In this document: in pieces, positions 1 to 13,994 of the stretch
How positions within the stretch are numbered: position 1 is the first letter of the stretch
Layout of the letters: each line of letters opens with the position of its first letter
DNA from: Tubiluchus corallicola
Taxonomy: Eukaryota; Animalia; Priapulida
Assembly (NCBI GenBank): GCA_030141605.1
Contig: JAQGDQ010000296.1
Span: 124,001-188,000 of the forward strand
DNA: 64,000 nt
Direction of reading: 5' to 3'
Notes under the pieces: generated by a model
The model's database searches: none
What the model was told of the DNA's origin: nothing
Seen by the model: only the letters and a program-made list of their open reading frames with translations
Made by a program: the position numbers and the translations under genes

Positions 1-112
1 GTCAAGCTACATGGAATGGTTGGAGGAAATTCGTCACCACATCATTCTCCTCTGCCTACAACTGTAGAAGTGCCAGAAGATTATCTTTCCATGTCTCCTA
101 CATCAAAATCTT
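1..112 (+). CDS. IRS: IRS/chico-like adaptor, internal exon (5' end outside window)
   Basis: Frame 1 reads VKLHGMVGGNSSPHHSPLPTTVEVPEDYLSMSPTSKS with a YLSM motif; GTAAGT donor at 113, phase 1. Confidence 0.8.
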
Positions 113-1455
113 GTAAGTAGTTTTATGTGAAAACTTTTGCTTTAAACTTGTCAGGTTAAGTTCAAAAATAGGTTTATAACTCAGGGTAATGTAAGAAAAA
201 ACGAATGCTGAAGTCCCAAACAATGTGTTTCTAAATATCTGTCCCAAGTATTAACTAAGATAGCATATTTGGTTTTTCAATTTTTAGAGAAATGTGGTTT
301 TTCTTAGACCATAATGAGTTTTTTAAATATAAAAATATTTTTGAGCATTTTCAAATTTTACTGTTCTATTTCTACTACTGGTTATAGCTGTGTTTTACCA
401 TTTTTCCTTTGCCATTTGTTGTTGGTTAAAGTGTAAGTGTACACATTAAAAAATATCATTAGCAGTCACATTTCTTACAAAAAAAAACACATGAGAATGT
501 TTTAATATTCTATCTACTGAGCCCAATTAGTGCTATATATAATTAGTGCATTTACCTTATGGTGGCGTTATTGAGGCAAAATGATATAATAATAAAGAAG
601 TTCATTCTTCACAAAGCCAGTGGGTTCCATCAGAAATGGGATGCGTGTTTATTTAGTTGTATTGTTGTGCCACTAAGCTGCCATTACCTGTCCTCTTTTG
701 TGTTTAGATGATTTTCTGTCTAGCATAAGCAGATGTCATTGCCCTTTTGCGCATTACTTAGTTTGATGATAAATTTAATGACAACACATTGTGATGTGTT
801 TTAATCCCAGCGCTGGTATTGCCATTGTACTAGCTTTCTCTATTAGTTAGTATAGGAAAAAATGAGAAAGTTAATGCATGCTAAATATTTTTATAGTATG
901 TGTTAGCTGGCTTTGAAATGTACCTTTATTATGGAAAAAGGCCTAACTGAGTAAAGTAAAGTAAGTTGCAAAATAAAAACATGCCTGCTAACAATTTTCT
1001 TAGAATTTTTCATGCATAAATTTTATGCAACATATGCCACTACAGCAAAGTAGTCTAAGATATAACGTAGGTTTAGCGACTAATGGAAGTGGTTCAATAA
1101 CATTTTTTCTGTATTTGTGCACATGATGTGATTACACGTTATTGCTGGTATTCACATGACCTCAAAATACTTCCAGTGGCCGAGTGTTAATGTTAGATAA
1201 ATGCGTAATGCATTCATTATGGTTTGATTCTGAGTAACTATGCGCTATATGTGCTTTATAAGTTTATGTGGGATGTTACTTTTATTACATTCTCTTATGT
1301 TTTGTATTTTCTGTACTTTCAAACACTCGTGTTATATCAGGCTTTTAAAAATTGTCTAACAAGTATACTGAGCTTCGTATAAACTTTGCACTTATATAGT
1401 TAAAGAGAATTGAAAATGTGGAAAGTATTTCTAACTATTTTTGCCTACGAAACAG

Positions 1456-1611
1456 CAAATGAGCAGGAGACTGGGTATATGGAAATGTCACCTTCTACCA
1501 GCAAGCCACCAAGACCAGACACAAATCGACACCATGAGCACAAGGCATTGATGTCACCTGGTTCAGAAACTGGCAATCCTTATTTGGAAATGACTCATAG
1601 TCAAAGCTCAG
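1456..1611 (+). CDS. IRS: IRS/chico-like adaptor, internal exon
   Basis: AACAG acceptor ends at 1455 and GTGAGT donor starts at 1612; 156 nt, phase 1-1; encodes GYMEMSP and PYLEM. Confidence 0.85.
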
Positions 1612-4305
1612 GTGAGTATTAGTGTTACTGTAATACGAGCAATTATGTGAATGTTTTTAAAGGTTCTCAAAGTTGCCAACATTTTCTTAACAAATTACTA
1701 AAAGTTGCTTTGTTTTGATGTACATTTTGAATGTAAACAGTTTAGGTACAAAATTTGCTACATTTGTCAGTTTTGCCATGTAGGTTATGAAATAGCTTGG
1801 TTTCGCAATTCAAAAAATTTAATTTATAGAAAGGTAAAATGATTTGATACATGGACGTCAGTGTATCATCTTATTAAAGCTTAACTTTAACGTACAAGCA
1901 GTTTAATAATTTTAGTTTTACTGGTCGTAATTATAAGATTGTTACTCACATTCTTATTTCACTAGCAACTACTGTGGGGCAAAATTTCAATGCTGCTTTG
2001 TTTTCTGTTGTTATGGTGGTTAGTAGCTTTTTAGGTCCCCTGACTTTCCAAGTTGGGGAACCTTATACAATCATATAGCATCTGTTGTCCATTGTCTTCT
2101 CACAATTTGAGTTAAAGCGAGTTATACCTGAAAAACTGGAGTAGCGTTGAGATTTTTATGTATGGAGTAACTTTTGGGACAAGATAATAATCAAGATAAA
2201 AGGTCATGTAAAAAAACAGGCATAAACAGGTAGAAACCTTAACAGCTACACAGCAATGTTGGGTATAATTAGGATCTGAATGAGCTCAATGCGAGGAATT
2301 AGTGAGGCTTGTCATGTCATGTACTGACAGCTCAGCATAGGCAAAAAGAATGTTACACCTTGCTCTGGGAAGGGAGGTAAGGAGGAGGTATAGGATGGAG
2401 GGTACAGTGGGAGAATTTGAGTCAACTCAATGTAATCATGTGATCTGTCAATGGTTAACAATTCAACATTGACAAAAATATTTTTATTCCCTCTCCCAGG
2501 CTGGGCGTGTGAAGGATTCCAATAGTTGAAGGTTTTGCTCTGCTAGGTGTCAAATGCTAAGTAATGGGTAACAACTTCTGAGCAATGGCCTATAATGACT
2601 CTTTCCCCGGATGAGGGAGAGTGGAAGGGAGGATCCATGATGGTATAATGGGAGAATCTGAGTTAGCTCAATGTGACCTGCCACATATTGGTACAAAATG
2701 TTTTGTCCAGGATCCAGGATTTGAACAATTTCAACTACAGTAAATCCTTGTTTAATGACACTAAAGCATTCTAGCCAAATGCATTCTTGAGCATAACGTT
2801 GTTAAACAAAACAATGCTGTCCATAAGAAATATAAATGCATTCAGGGACAAAAATCGATAGTGTTGGCTATGTACAAGTGTTAAGTTGCTGTAGCCAAAC
2901 AAAAATTACTGAAACATAACTATACAAAAGTCTTTAATAATGTTATAGGAGAAAAATCATTAACACTTGGCTCATAAATTAATAACTTTATATAATTTAT
3001 TGCTTACAGTTATACATTATGTATTTGTTTAATTAAAAAACTGAGTAACTAAGTACGAAATCTAAAATCTTACTTTGATACAAAGGTCTTTCTACCTTTC
3101 CAACTATTTTCCTTGATTCTATCTCCTGGTTTTTTTATAATAAATCCGGGGTTGGATGTTTATAAATCGAATAAACATCTGCTTAGATGTTTTCCTTTTT
3201 TCAGCCGCACTTCCTTACAACATTGAATCGTGTTTGCTACTTCCCATCTTACTTTCGAGCTGTGTTTGCTATTAGGGTCGTTTTCACTGTTATCTTTGCC
3301 ACAGGTGGACTATGTAACATGAAAACATGTTATCAACTAGAGAAATTTGCCTAAATGTGAAAAAACAGTGAATTATCCTGTTCTGGCTACCTGCTGCAAG
3401 TTTAGTTGGGCAAATTATTACAGGTGTGATAACAATTGTCATCAGGGTTAAGTAGTGGATTTCATTTACAGAATGTGAGAGCAGTGAACAAGATTTAGTG
3501 CTTGAAGTAAGGCTAAAAAAATCATTGTTAAAATGAAACATACCACGTTAAGTAAAATAAGTGTGATAAAATTAGCATCATGAAAGCAAAATGTTGATAA
3601 GCTGGGTGCAATTAAGCGAGGACTAATTGTATAGTGCTATACAGGGTATAACAGTGTTATAGGATATATAACAAGTGTACATGGTAGGTTATGGATGAGA
3701 ACTTTTGGGTGATGACGTTCAATGACCCTGGGACACACATAAAAATTGCCAAATATAGCCAGAAATCGCCAACTATAGGAAGCTAGCTATATGAAATTTG
3801 GTCATGAATACCATTTAGCCTTGTTGACCAAGATTCACTGCTGGGAAATTATTGGTCTTTGCATTCTTTTGCTGCCTATGAAAATTTGTGAATCAAATTT
3901 AACCAAAAAGAACGATCTTGTGTCAAACATCAAGGTTGTGAAAATGTTGAAGATGAGAGTCACAGAATGTACAGCATCACTGATGCCCTGGTTGTAAAGT
4001 ATAAATGATTATACAACTTTCTTTAAAATACCTACAGCAATAGTACTTAGTTAATCAAGTGCTCGAAATGCTTGAAACATCATAAAACAGTCGATATCAC
4101 ATATGTTTAGATTTAATTATCAGTTTTCTCGGTTTTCTAATATATGTAAAAACACATTCAAACTTGGCGAAATATAGTTTGATGGATATATTAATTTTCC
4201 TGTCACAGAGTGTAACTCATACTCATCAACATTTTTTAAAAGTAGAAAATTTTCTGGGATTTTGTTATATCTCATTCAAGTTTGGTAAATTGATTTTTTG
4301 TATAG

Positions 4306-4662
4306 ATAGCGGAACATTTTTGCAAAAATCAAAAGACAAAACTTCAAATATCAAGGCAGCAGAAGATTCGTCCTACTTAGCAATGAATTCATCTGCATCT
4401 AAGCTAGAGAAAGATGATATAGACGTTGGCTATGTAGATATGGCCCCAATCTCACGACATCAAAAAACAAAGCCATCTTCCAGTGAGCATGGAAGTCTTG
4501 ATGCTGGGTATTTGGATATGGAACCAGGTTACAAACCTCCAGGTCACTCTGAGCCATCCGGTTATCTAGACATGGCACCAGGAGTGAAATCAAAAGATGT
4601 ACCCTCTTACTATGACATGTCTCATTCATTGAGCTTGCCACCTGTAGAAGAATCTGATCAAG
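4306..4662 (+). CDS. IRS: IRS/chico-like adaptor, YxxM-cluster exon
   Basis: TATAG acceptor ends at 4305, GT donor at 4663; 357 nt, phase 1-1; encodes YLAM, YVDM, YLDM, YLDM, YYDM (PI3K p85 SH2-type docking motifs). Confidence 0.88.
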
Positions 4663-4961
4663 GTGTGAATTTTTATTTTGTACTAATTTTTATTGTTAAA
4701 CTTGAGTGATGGTCAAATTCTCACAAAATGTTGAAATTACATTGCATAAAAAGTTTGCTAATTAATGTTTAGGTGCATTTGAAATGTGAGAATGCAGTCG
4801 TTCAGATAACTATTCTTTTACTTATGGAAGTTATCGAAAAATTAATTTTGTATGTACCACTCAGGCTGTTTTAGTATTTTTTGTAAATTTGGTATTTTCA
4901 ATAACGAACTAAATGGCGTTGCTTTATTTTTACATGTTTGTTTTATGCATATGATCACTAG

Positions 4962-5150
4962 ATACGCCTGGTTATTTGTCAATGAAGCCTGGATCGGTTA
5001 GCAGTTCTGCCTCATACGTGCCTCATCATGCTAAAGAATTTCACCTTGAAAAAGTTCACAGTTATTTAGCACCTTCTGATGATGGGGTACAGCGTTCACG
5101 ATGTTATTCGTTAGGTGATAAAACTGCTGCCCTCCGTAAACAAATACAAG
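4962..5150 (+). CDS. IRS: IRS/chico-like adaptor, internal exon
   Basis: CTAG acceptor ends at 4961, GTAAGA donor at 5151; 189 nt; encodes GYLSMKP, FHLEKVHSY and RSRCYSLG. Confidence 0.85.
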
Positions 5151-7523
5151 GTAAGATAGCAAGTTTCTTTAAGTCATGCAATAGAACATTATATCAAGCA
5201 TGGTTTATTGCATATACACCGGTACTATGATCACACAAAGCACAAACATGATCATTCATACCTTTAACCCATATAATAGCTTTGAATACAGCTTACTTGG
5301 TTATTCCTATTGCTTTCATGATTATATTGATAAATTTTTGTGGTGTACTTCACCTTTGACCTCCGATTGCATATTAATTATAGTTAAACTTGAAACGTCA
5401 TTTCTGATACAGGGTCGAGATTTAAAGTTGTTAGGCATGCAGCATGTAAACTGGCGAACAATGATTTTGCTTACTGTGTTAAGACAATCTGTTTTAATTT
5501 ATGGGTCACTTATCAGCTGGCAGTTAGCTATAACAACTGGCACTTAGCAACACATGTCTGCAGTACAATCATTTTAATGACCACAGATAAAACAACACTG
5601 ATTTATTTTCTGATAAATATAAAATGTCAATGATTAAAGATAAAAGAACCATGCTTTCAGTTTCTGATAAATATGAAATTATTTCTGAAGTAAGTCATGG
5701 ATAAAACCCTTCGGTAGTTTATGTAGAAAAGTTGGCACCATGCTGTCAGTACTAGTCTGTTGAGATGTTGAACTGATTCATGAGTTTACTTTATGAACTT
5801 TATAAACTCATTTCAGTTACAGTGAGCAGGTGATGTTATAGTGCCAGAATGTAATCATTTTCTCACCTGACTGGTTTTTATTCCATTGCTCAACCAGATT
5901 TAGCTGGTTCGAGTTTTCTAGTTTAATCAAGTTATTACACAATGTAGTATACATGGAAAAGCAGTCAATAATAAAGTTTTGAGTGTGTTTGTAAATAAAT
6001 TTGCTTTATGTGTTGCTATACGCATTGTCAGTGCTTTTCTCACAATCTGTTACTGATTCGTGAAGCGATAAACACTTAAGTTACTTTGCTTCAAGACTTG
6101 TACAAGAGACAAGCACAAATTTGTGTAAATAAGTGATTGACTTTTTTGATCTCCCAACGACTTTACTGAATGTGCACATGTAAACGTACATTTAAAACTA
6201 AGTGTGTACCCACAGATTATTGCGAAGTATCTCTTATTGTAGTCACATAAAATATATTTCATTGAATTTGAATAATTAGTTTTATTTTGCATTTTTTGTT
6301 GTACTGCTTCAAAGTAGTTGACAGCATGTTCTTAAAGTACTTTACATCTTCTATGAACCACACACTGTATGAATATTTATGCAATGCAATTACTATTAGT
6401 TGCAATGGTTGACTATTTAGTACATATATACATATTAGCCAAGTATGCATATAGAATATCTCAGTTATAATGTACTTTTTTGCGTCCTTATCAGGTTTGC
6501 TGTAATGATTTTATACTGTAGTCATTATTTAGCAATAAATCCAGCCCATTTCGGTTCTTCATCCATTATCCATATGTCAGTAGTTTGAGTGTCTCAGGCT
6601 GAACTATTCTCATTTGATATCACCTGTAAGTGAAACTATCTTATTATTTCCACTGTATGCTCATATGAGGAAAAAGGTATATGCGAAGGTAAAAAAGGAT
6701 ATTGTAAGTTTGCTTAAACACCAGCGCCTTTATGCTTGCCAGTATGATTGTAAATATTTGGGTAATCCAATAAATGTCTGAAAGGTGTGAATTCCATGTA
6801 GCACTACCCTCATGGCTGTAATAATGAAGTTTTTTGTTTCTGGGTTTATGTCCATCCCTGAAAACTAAGAGAGGTATCGAAATGAACTGCTTTACCAATC
6901 AGAGGTCAAATTGTAAAGTTCTATGAACATGTACTTTGAGGAAGACTATGAAATGTAGTACAAATGACAAACTTGTTGGTAATACATCAGAATTGTTGTC
7001 AGTGGACTTATATTTTGTTTGCTATATGGTCATATACATGCAAAAATAGTGAAATGGCTTCTGTAAGGTTGCTTTAGTCCCTCACTTAAAGTGCTGGTTC
7101 GGCAGTGTTCATTTAACATTTGGTCTGGAGTGTTCTCGAATGAGGCTTTCCACATCTACTTTTAATGTTCTGTACCAACTTAAAAATTTTATGTGGACAG
7201 AATTTGAACCCACTAGCTAACGCATGAGATTTGTTCAGTAATATGGGCAGCTACTATCTAAATTATTTTAATCCCATTTAAAGTGGAGATACTTGTGTGG
7301 CACCTTAGTACTGTGTGTATACTATACAGTGTGTATAAATTGACCTTGCTTTTTAAATAGGTTGCAAGACATTTAGATCTCTACATGCACATAAGTAGTG
7401 ATCATACTTTTTAAGATGTTGCAAACATAAACTTTAATACAACTGCTTAATGCTGGTAGCTTAAATTAGTTCAAATGTCTTTTCATTGTAAGTCACCCAA
7501 ACTTTAACTTTGTTTTGTTTCAG

Positions 7524-7814
7524 CTGATGTCTTGAAAGAAGAAGAAGTCAGAAAAGGTCGAGCATATTCCATAGGGAGTAAACCTCAACCTTCTACTGCA
7601 AACAGTGTGAAAAAGTTTCTGGAGATTTCTCTTTCAGAAGATCGTAAATGTGCAAGTGCACCACATATCAATGAAGATGAAGTGGACGAGTTTGCTGCCA
7701 GTTCCACTGACGACTTAGTGAAGAAGCCCATACTGCATTCTTACAAAGGAGAAGACCTGGTAGAGTTGGATTTTGAAAAAGGTAGCCAAGAAAGTTTGGA
7801 CCAGGCTGCTAGTG
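7524..7814 (+). CDS. IRS: IRS/chico-like adaptor, internal exon
   Basis: Polypyrimidine-TTTCAG acceptor ends at 7523, GTGAGC donor at 7815; 291 nt; encodes RAYSIGSKP, resembling the RAYS[IV]GS motif of invertebrate IRS/Chico. Confidence 0.85.
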
Positions 7815-8137
7815 GTGAGCATGATAATGATTTTATGTGAGCTTATTTCTGTTAAAACTAGCATGGATTTTGCATGAAATCCGTGCAGCTTGAATCTCCA
7901 AGAAAACCTTATTGTTCGCTATTGCGCAAAAATATGTAACACCATATATTTTGTCTCTGAAGCTATTATTTATTTCACATTGTACATTTTCGCAACGTAA
8001 TTTGCCTTTGTGCTAAACTTCAACATTTGTAATTGTAACAAATTGTGTGTAATTCAGCTTGTGTTCGTCAGTGTTTTAATCAATTTTTTCAGTGTTTTTA
8101 TTACCATGCTTATAATTAACATATTTCACTTTTTCAG

Positions 8138-9579
8138 ATACATCACAAGACGTAGATTCTGGCACACCTGGTCGATCTCCAAAATGGGGTAGTCCTGATT
8201 CAAATCGAAGGCATAATGTAGGAATTAGATTACGCAAAGGTTCATGCAGTGAGAGTGAACCTGCTCGTAGCAGACAGAATTCACTAACAGAAAGAAGTAT
8301 TCGCAGTCGACAAAATTCTATTGGCGAAGTATGTATAAATCGGTCCCGCAGAAATTCCCTTGATAAGTACCCAAGAAGGGGTTCTACATCAAGGGTTGCA
8401 TCAGATAAAAAAGGAAAGGTTGGTACCTGTAATGAGGCTACAATTCAACCTCAGTCAAATGAACAAGGGGCCGCAGGTGAATACATTAACATCGATTATA
8501 ACAAAGATAAAAACTCAAGTAAGAAACCCATTCAGATTCAACACACTGATCGACATGATTATATTAATATATCTCCCATTAACCAGGCCAATAGTACAAG
8601 TAAAAAACCCACCGAAAGTTATAAAGGTGATGGAAGTTCATCAACTAACCTAGAAATGGGTGGAAAGAAAAATAGAGCCAGTAGTGCTGGTAAAGATGCT
8701 GCTGACTCCACAATTAAACATTCTGTTAGGGCTTCCAGTGAACCAAAAACTACTAGAGAAGATGATACCTATACAACACTTTCCTACAAACCTATTACTG
8801 CAGTCACCACTCTCCCTCAACAAACTGTCTGTAGCAAAACTCCACTGTTTATTGCCCCGATTTCTAAACTGGTGTCACAGTCAAGTCCGCCACAGAAAAA
8901 TGTTTCTATCACTAAGCCTTTAAGTAAAAAGAGTTCTGATGTTATAGCAAGCAGTGAAAAGGAAATGTCCCCAGACTATGCAGAAATGAAGGATTTGTCT
9001 TTGCGAAGTATTGGTGATCCATTTAATCTTGGAACTACCCCTGTAATAGATATCCCCGAAGAAGCAAATGAAAGCAGTGTTGTTGTGGAATCACTAGATC
9101 CCATAACAGCTGAACAGTTGCCTCCACCAGTTCATCGTCAAACCTCTGAACCAGCAAAAACTTCACCTAGTCAGAACCCTGTGAATTTAGATTCTACCAC
9201 AGTTGGTTTAAAGCTGAATCGTGCATGTAGTGCACCAACCGGCGTAGCAGTTTCACCACGGCAGCTCAACAGGCTTAGCCAAGAATATACTAGTCCATAT
9301 GAGAACCTCAACCTGACCGTAAACCGTACTTCACCACGGTCTTCAGTTTCTAGCGAGAAAGATTTGAATTATGCAACATTAGATTTAATGCCCACCGATG
9401 AATCGCCACGCAGAAATACCTCATCAAGTGACTTACGCAGAAGCAGGAATAGTTCAGCTACTAGTGGCAGTGATTCAGGCCCAGAGACATTACAATACAC
9501 TGAGATAGACTTTACGAAATCTGAGGGATTGCGACAAGTTGCTAGCACTTGTACGATGAGGGAAAACAGATTTCACTGA
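8138..9579 (+). CDS. IRS: IRS/chico-like adaptor, last coding exon
   Basis: TTTTCAG acceptor ends at 8137; frame stays open into the listed ORF 8656-9579 and ends at TGA; contains YINI twice and YENL (Grb2-type YxN), YAEM, and C-terminal LNYATLDL and LQYTEIDF (SHP2-type tail motifs of IRS/Gab adaptors). PH/PTB domains would lie upstream of the window. Confidence 0.88.
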
Positions 9580-10484
9580 TTATGATGTATTTCTGTCCTT
9601 TTATGTTGTGCCTGTAGTAAGATTATCCAGTGATAATAGTGTTGTGACGAATTCAGTTATGTATAGTACTGTGTGCATAAGTCCTTGAATGAAATACAGA
9701 AATTTATCAACTGTTTACCAGCATTTGTTGCATTTTGTGCAAGTCTGTTAATTTGTTGTATGACATTTTGACATATAAATTATAGCAAAATTAATACATT
9801 AAAACAGTGTGTAATATGTAACATTCAATATTATCTGTTGTTATTATGATTGTGTTAAGGGTAATTGTTTGACTTCCATCAGCACAAATGTAATAAATAT
9901 GTATATGTTGTACACTTTAATTCTGTAACACATACTTTAATAGAAAGTAGTAAGATATAGTCACAGATTGTAAAAAAGCTTTATATAAATTGTGCTTCAG
10001 TTTTGATTGTGGCTTTCTTTTATGTGATAATGTAGAGATTATAATATGCCATTATAGCGAATTTTTGTCTCTATGTTATATCGAAGTTTATATATGTACT
10101 TATGCTTGATTATGTTAGCAAGGTTTTATTACTCGCTATTAAATTTTCTTGTATGACTGTTGACAATGAAATCTCGTCTTAATATTTTTAAATGATTTTA
10201 ATGATATTACAGTTCAATACAATTTGACACGTTTTTTTAATAATTTTTGTGTAATGTCTGAATTCTGTTTTCTTGTCCAAAATTAAATGTCCAACATAAT
10301 TGCTCTTGAACAGCCAGCTTTACATGTTAATTAGAAACATGCTATTGTATTATTACAATGATAATCAAAGAACTGGTGTATTTATACATGGTATTATTTA
10401 TGAATATTGAATTATATTAACACTTTAGACTGTTTTGGCACTTATGATGTGATAGACGAATTACTCAAAAAAATCTAGAATGCC

Positions 10485-10490
10485 AATAAA
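10485..10490 (+). terminator. Candidate polyadenylation signal of the IRS-like gene
   Basis: AATAAA about 0.9 kb after the stop, in an AU-rich putative 3' UTR; other sites are possible. Confidence 0.35.
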
Positions 10491-12442
10491 AAATAGTTAA
10501 AATTCAGTATATAAAACATAGTCATTGGTGTTGGAAATTTTATCCAATGATTTATTACCACTTTGTGGAATTTGAATAGAAAAATACCAAACTTTTTGTA
10601 TATAAGTTACTGAGAATCTGTTTTATTAAGATTTGTGTTGTGCATAGCTTCTCTTTGCTCTGGAATTGCACTAAATGTTTGTTTGTTTGTTAAGAATGAA
10701 CGAGTCTATAGTTTTTGTAAATAGTTGAAGCAGCCTTGCTGACTGTGTGCAGTCTTTGTTTGAAGATTGCATACAGGGTCAGCCTATTAAATCAAAGGAC
10801 ATGGACTTGCAGGTGGAACATGCATTATCAATGGTACTGTATGATGGTCCCTGTATTTTAGTTATATTCTTTTCTTGGTTCAACCAAATGTGTTTCTGTC
10901 TTGAGATGCTGTTCAGAAATACCCGTTGAGGTTGTTAACCACTTAGTGGCACTTACCTAAGTGCTAGTTAGCTTAAATAACGAAGAAAAGAATTTGAACA
11001 TGTTTATTATAATTATTCTAAGTAATGTTGTAAGTATTTAATATTGTTGTTAACGCTTTCTGTACTGTAGTTCTACTTTTACTTGCTAGTTGCTATAGTT
11101 TCGTGTTTCATCCTCAGTCTGTTTTGCATTTTCTTAGTTTGTGTCAACGTGTGTGAAGGATTTTTATCAGTATTTCTAGTGGTAAAATTGTTATTAATTT
11201 TAATTCTTGTAAGTTTTTCCAAATTTGTAAAAAGCTGCTTTTTGTTAGATTTATGTAAGTTTCTCTATGTAATAAGGGATTATCAGTTGTGTGCGCAGAG
11301 TATTACAGATTAGTGTATATAATAGTAAGTTGTAACTGTATATAATTATTCTGAATTATTAGTGTTCATTTGCTTGTAATGAAATTGTGTCATTTAAATA
11401 ATATAATTAATGTTGTTCTTGATGACTACATGTTCGATTTTTTATTATAAAAAATGAGCCAGCAAATTGTTTCTAGTTTGGTTTATTTTTATATTAATTT
11501 GAATATAAACAGGTTGACATATAGTGCAGAAGTTTTAGCAATTTAATTTATGGCGTGCATTGTATCTTTGCACCAGCACAAAATCGCTCGGAGTTTTGAT
11601 CTTTTTGGATAGTCCTTTAAAACAGACATCATGGTCGGCCTTATAACGCGTAGGCCTTACTAGAATTTTTTTTGGTAGGCCTCAGATTCCTTGCTAAAGT
11701 CTGTAGAATTACAAAAATATGCCGTTATAGATTTTATATTTCTGTGACAGAATGGAAAGCAGTTAAAACGTGTTAAAACAACAACACTTTTTTTATTAAA
11801 ATGAACCTTGAACTGAGGTCGGCGTTCTAACTTGTAATATGCTGCGTTGGGCACAGTAAAAATGGCTCCAGAAAAAGGGCGCAATTTTTGAAAAATAGGG
11901 AAAAATGACACGTAAAATACGTGTTTAGGGTTAAGATTACTGTAAGGATATTTTTCCTTCTGTCAACTAAGTTATGCTCCAACGCTGATTGTTTGCTTGG
12001 TTACTTGTTTTTATGCTGTTATACGACAGTAAGTATATTACGTAAAACTACTTAAAGAGATCTTCACGAAACTTTGTAAAGAAAGTGGATAGGGACAGAA
12101 ATAATGCACTTTGAAGTATGCGAAAACTGCTAATTTTTTTAGGCCCGTCTGTTTTTCACAAGACGACCAAACACCGTGTACAAAAAATATGAAGCACTTC
12201 ATAGACGTCTCAGAGGTAGTGCCATAGCTTTAGAAAAAGGAGAGCTTGGCTACAAAACACGATAATTAATTCTTTTTTTATCTCCACCAGGACAAACAAC
12301 TACGAGTTAGTTCTGTAGGGTCCAGAAAATCTCGCTTGAAAAACTTCGTAACGCTGTCTATAATATTTGATTATACATGTACATGTATATAGTCTTGTAA
12401 GCTGACTTTGTATAGATACGTATATTTGTCATTCTGTCATCC

Positions 12443-13061
12443 CGGTGCGCCGTCAAAATGGTATAGGAAAAAATGGCGCAGTAAAAATGGCACAAATAGA
12501 AAAGTAGGTAAAAATGGAGCAGGAAAAAATGGCACGGTAAAATGACACAGGGAAAAATGGCAAGGTTAAAAATGACACAAATGAAAAAGTAGGAAAAATG
12601 GCACAATTTTATTTTGATGCAGTTGATTTCTATAATAAGATTAGAATGGGATCAGTAGGAAGCAGATCTTTGACAAAGCCGAACAATCCTAAACTTATTA
12701 GTTTGATTTTTCTGATTAAAAAAATTAAAACAAAGATAAACAAGCAAACATACCAAAATATGCCTATATTGATATTATGTATGAGTACGGACTAACAAAA
12801 TATTTGTTCATTAAATAGATGTTATAGTCAATACTGCACGAATGTTCCATATAGTGTTTATCTACCTTTTGAACAATTAATTTTCGCGAATGTAATAGGC
12901 TGACAAATATATACCTACCATTTTTACCCGTGCCATTTTACCTACTTTTCCATTTGTGTCATTTTTACCTGTGCCATTTTTACATACTTTTTCATTTGTG
13001 CTATGTTTTCTTGTGCCATTTTTACCGTGCCATTTTTTCCTGTGCCATTTTTACCTACATC
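12443..13061. mobile_element. Foldback/MITE-like element with inverted arms made of ~15-bp tandem units
   Basis: Left arm 12443-12606 repeats GGTAAAAATGGCACA-like units; right arm 12914-13061 repeats the reverse complement TGTGCCATTTTTACC; AT-rich core; no clear TSD. Confidence 0.7.
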
Positions 13062-13069
13062 TATTATAC

Positions 13070-13545
13070 TGTTACGGGGGAGGGGGGTAAATGCCATTTA
13101 TTTTCTACCTCCTTTCTACATTGTGGTGGTTCGACCCATTACGAAGCCATTGCATAGCAGCTATAAGTAGCTGTGATGGAATGGCCTCGTCGGTTCAGCG
13201 GGCTGAGGGGCAGGCGCGTTTTCCGTCTCACCACCTATTCTGTAATGACAGCCGGCATGGAGCAAGATGGGGTAGACATCTGGCATGTTACTTAATTCAG
13301 TAATTTTACTCTTACTGCTGTTTTTTACGTTTTCTTCTCAACTATGCGACAACCTGCGTATCAGCACCATTCGCTCTTCATTACATTGGTGGCAAGTCCG
13401 GGGGGGGGCAGTCCTAAGCTCCCCTAGCGGATTCCAACTTGCAACCTTAGATCGGCAGCAGAACCGCACCGAACCGCCGCTATAACATGGAACCGCCGGA
13501 ACCACTGTGCAGTACAACGGATTTCTTTCATCGTCAACGGTAGCT
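13070..13545 (+). mobile_element. Possible truncated LTR-element 5' end
   Basis: Starts TGTTAC; ATTACA ending at 13385 is followed by TGGTGGCAAGTCCGGG (PBS-like; loosely similar to the tRNA-Pro PBS); short MEPPEPL frame at 13487; no partner LTR or TSD seen. Confidence 0.3.
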
Positions 13546-13994
13546 GTGATTTGTGTGGGTTCACAAAACGTCTTAGTTGGTTTTTTAAAAACCGGAGCTT
13601 TCAGAGTCCTCATTAGCAGGTTACGTGCCTGTTTCACAGTGGTCGCGTGAATTACGTACGAGAATACTGTTTCTGTATGCTGCTGTATGACTATTTCCTG
13701 TGGCCTCGTGGAGGAATGTGTTTACCTACGAGGATTCAGTTCTAGTATGCTGTGAATAGATGTCGATTTTAAAGTGTATGGTACAAAGTGTAGTCTGTAC
13801 TTGCTGTAGCAGCATCTGGACTGTCGTTTTTAAGTTAGTGATTGAAACAGGTTACGTGCTTTAGGTCATAGAGAAGCTAAAGAGAATCACTTAGATTTTA
13901 CGAGAAGCAGTAAATGTTAGATACTAAACTAACTATAAGTATCTTCACTTACTGCTCCTTTTTTCATTAAGACGTTTCATAAAGGGGATGTCCC

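Noticed and set aside
11637-11663. Helitron 3' end (GGCCT hairpin plus CTAG)
   Set aside because: Short stem, CTAG followed by A rather than T, and no 5' end identified.
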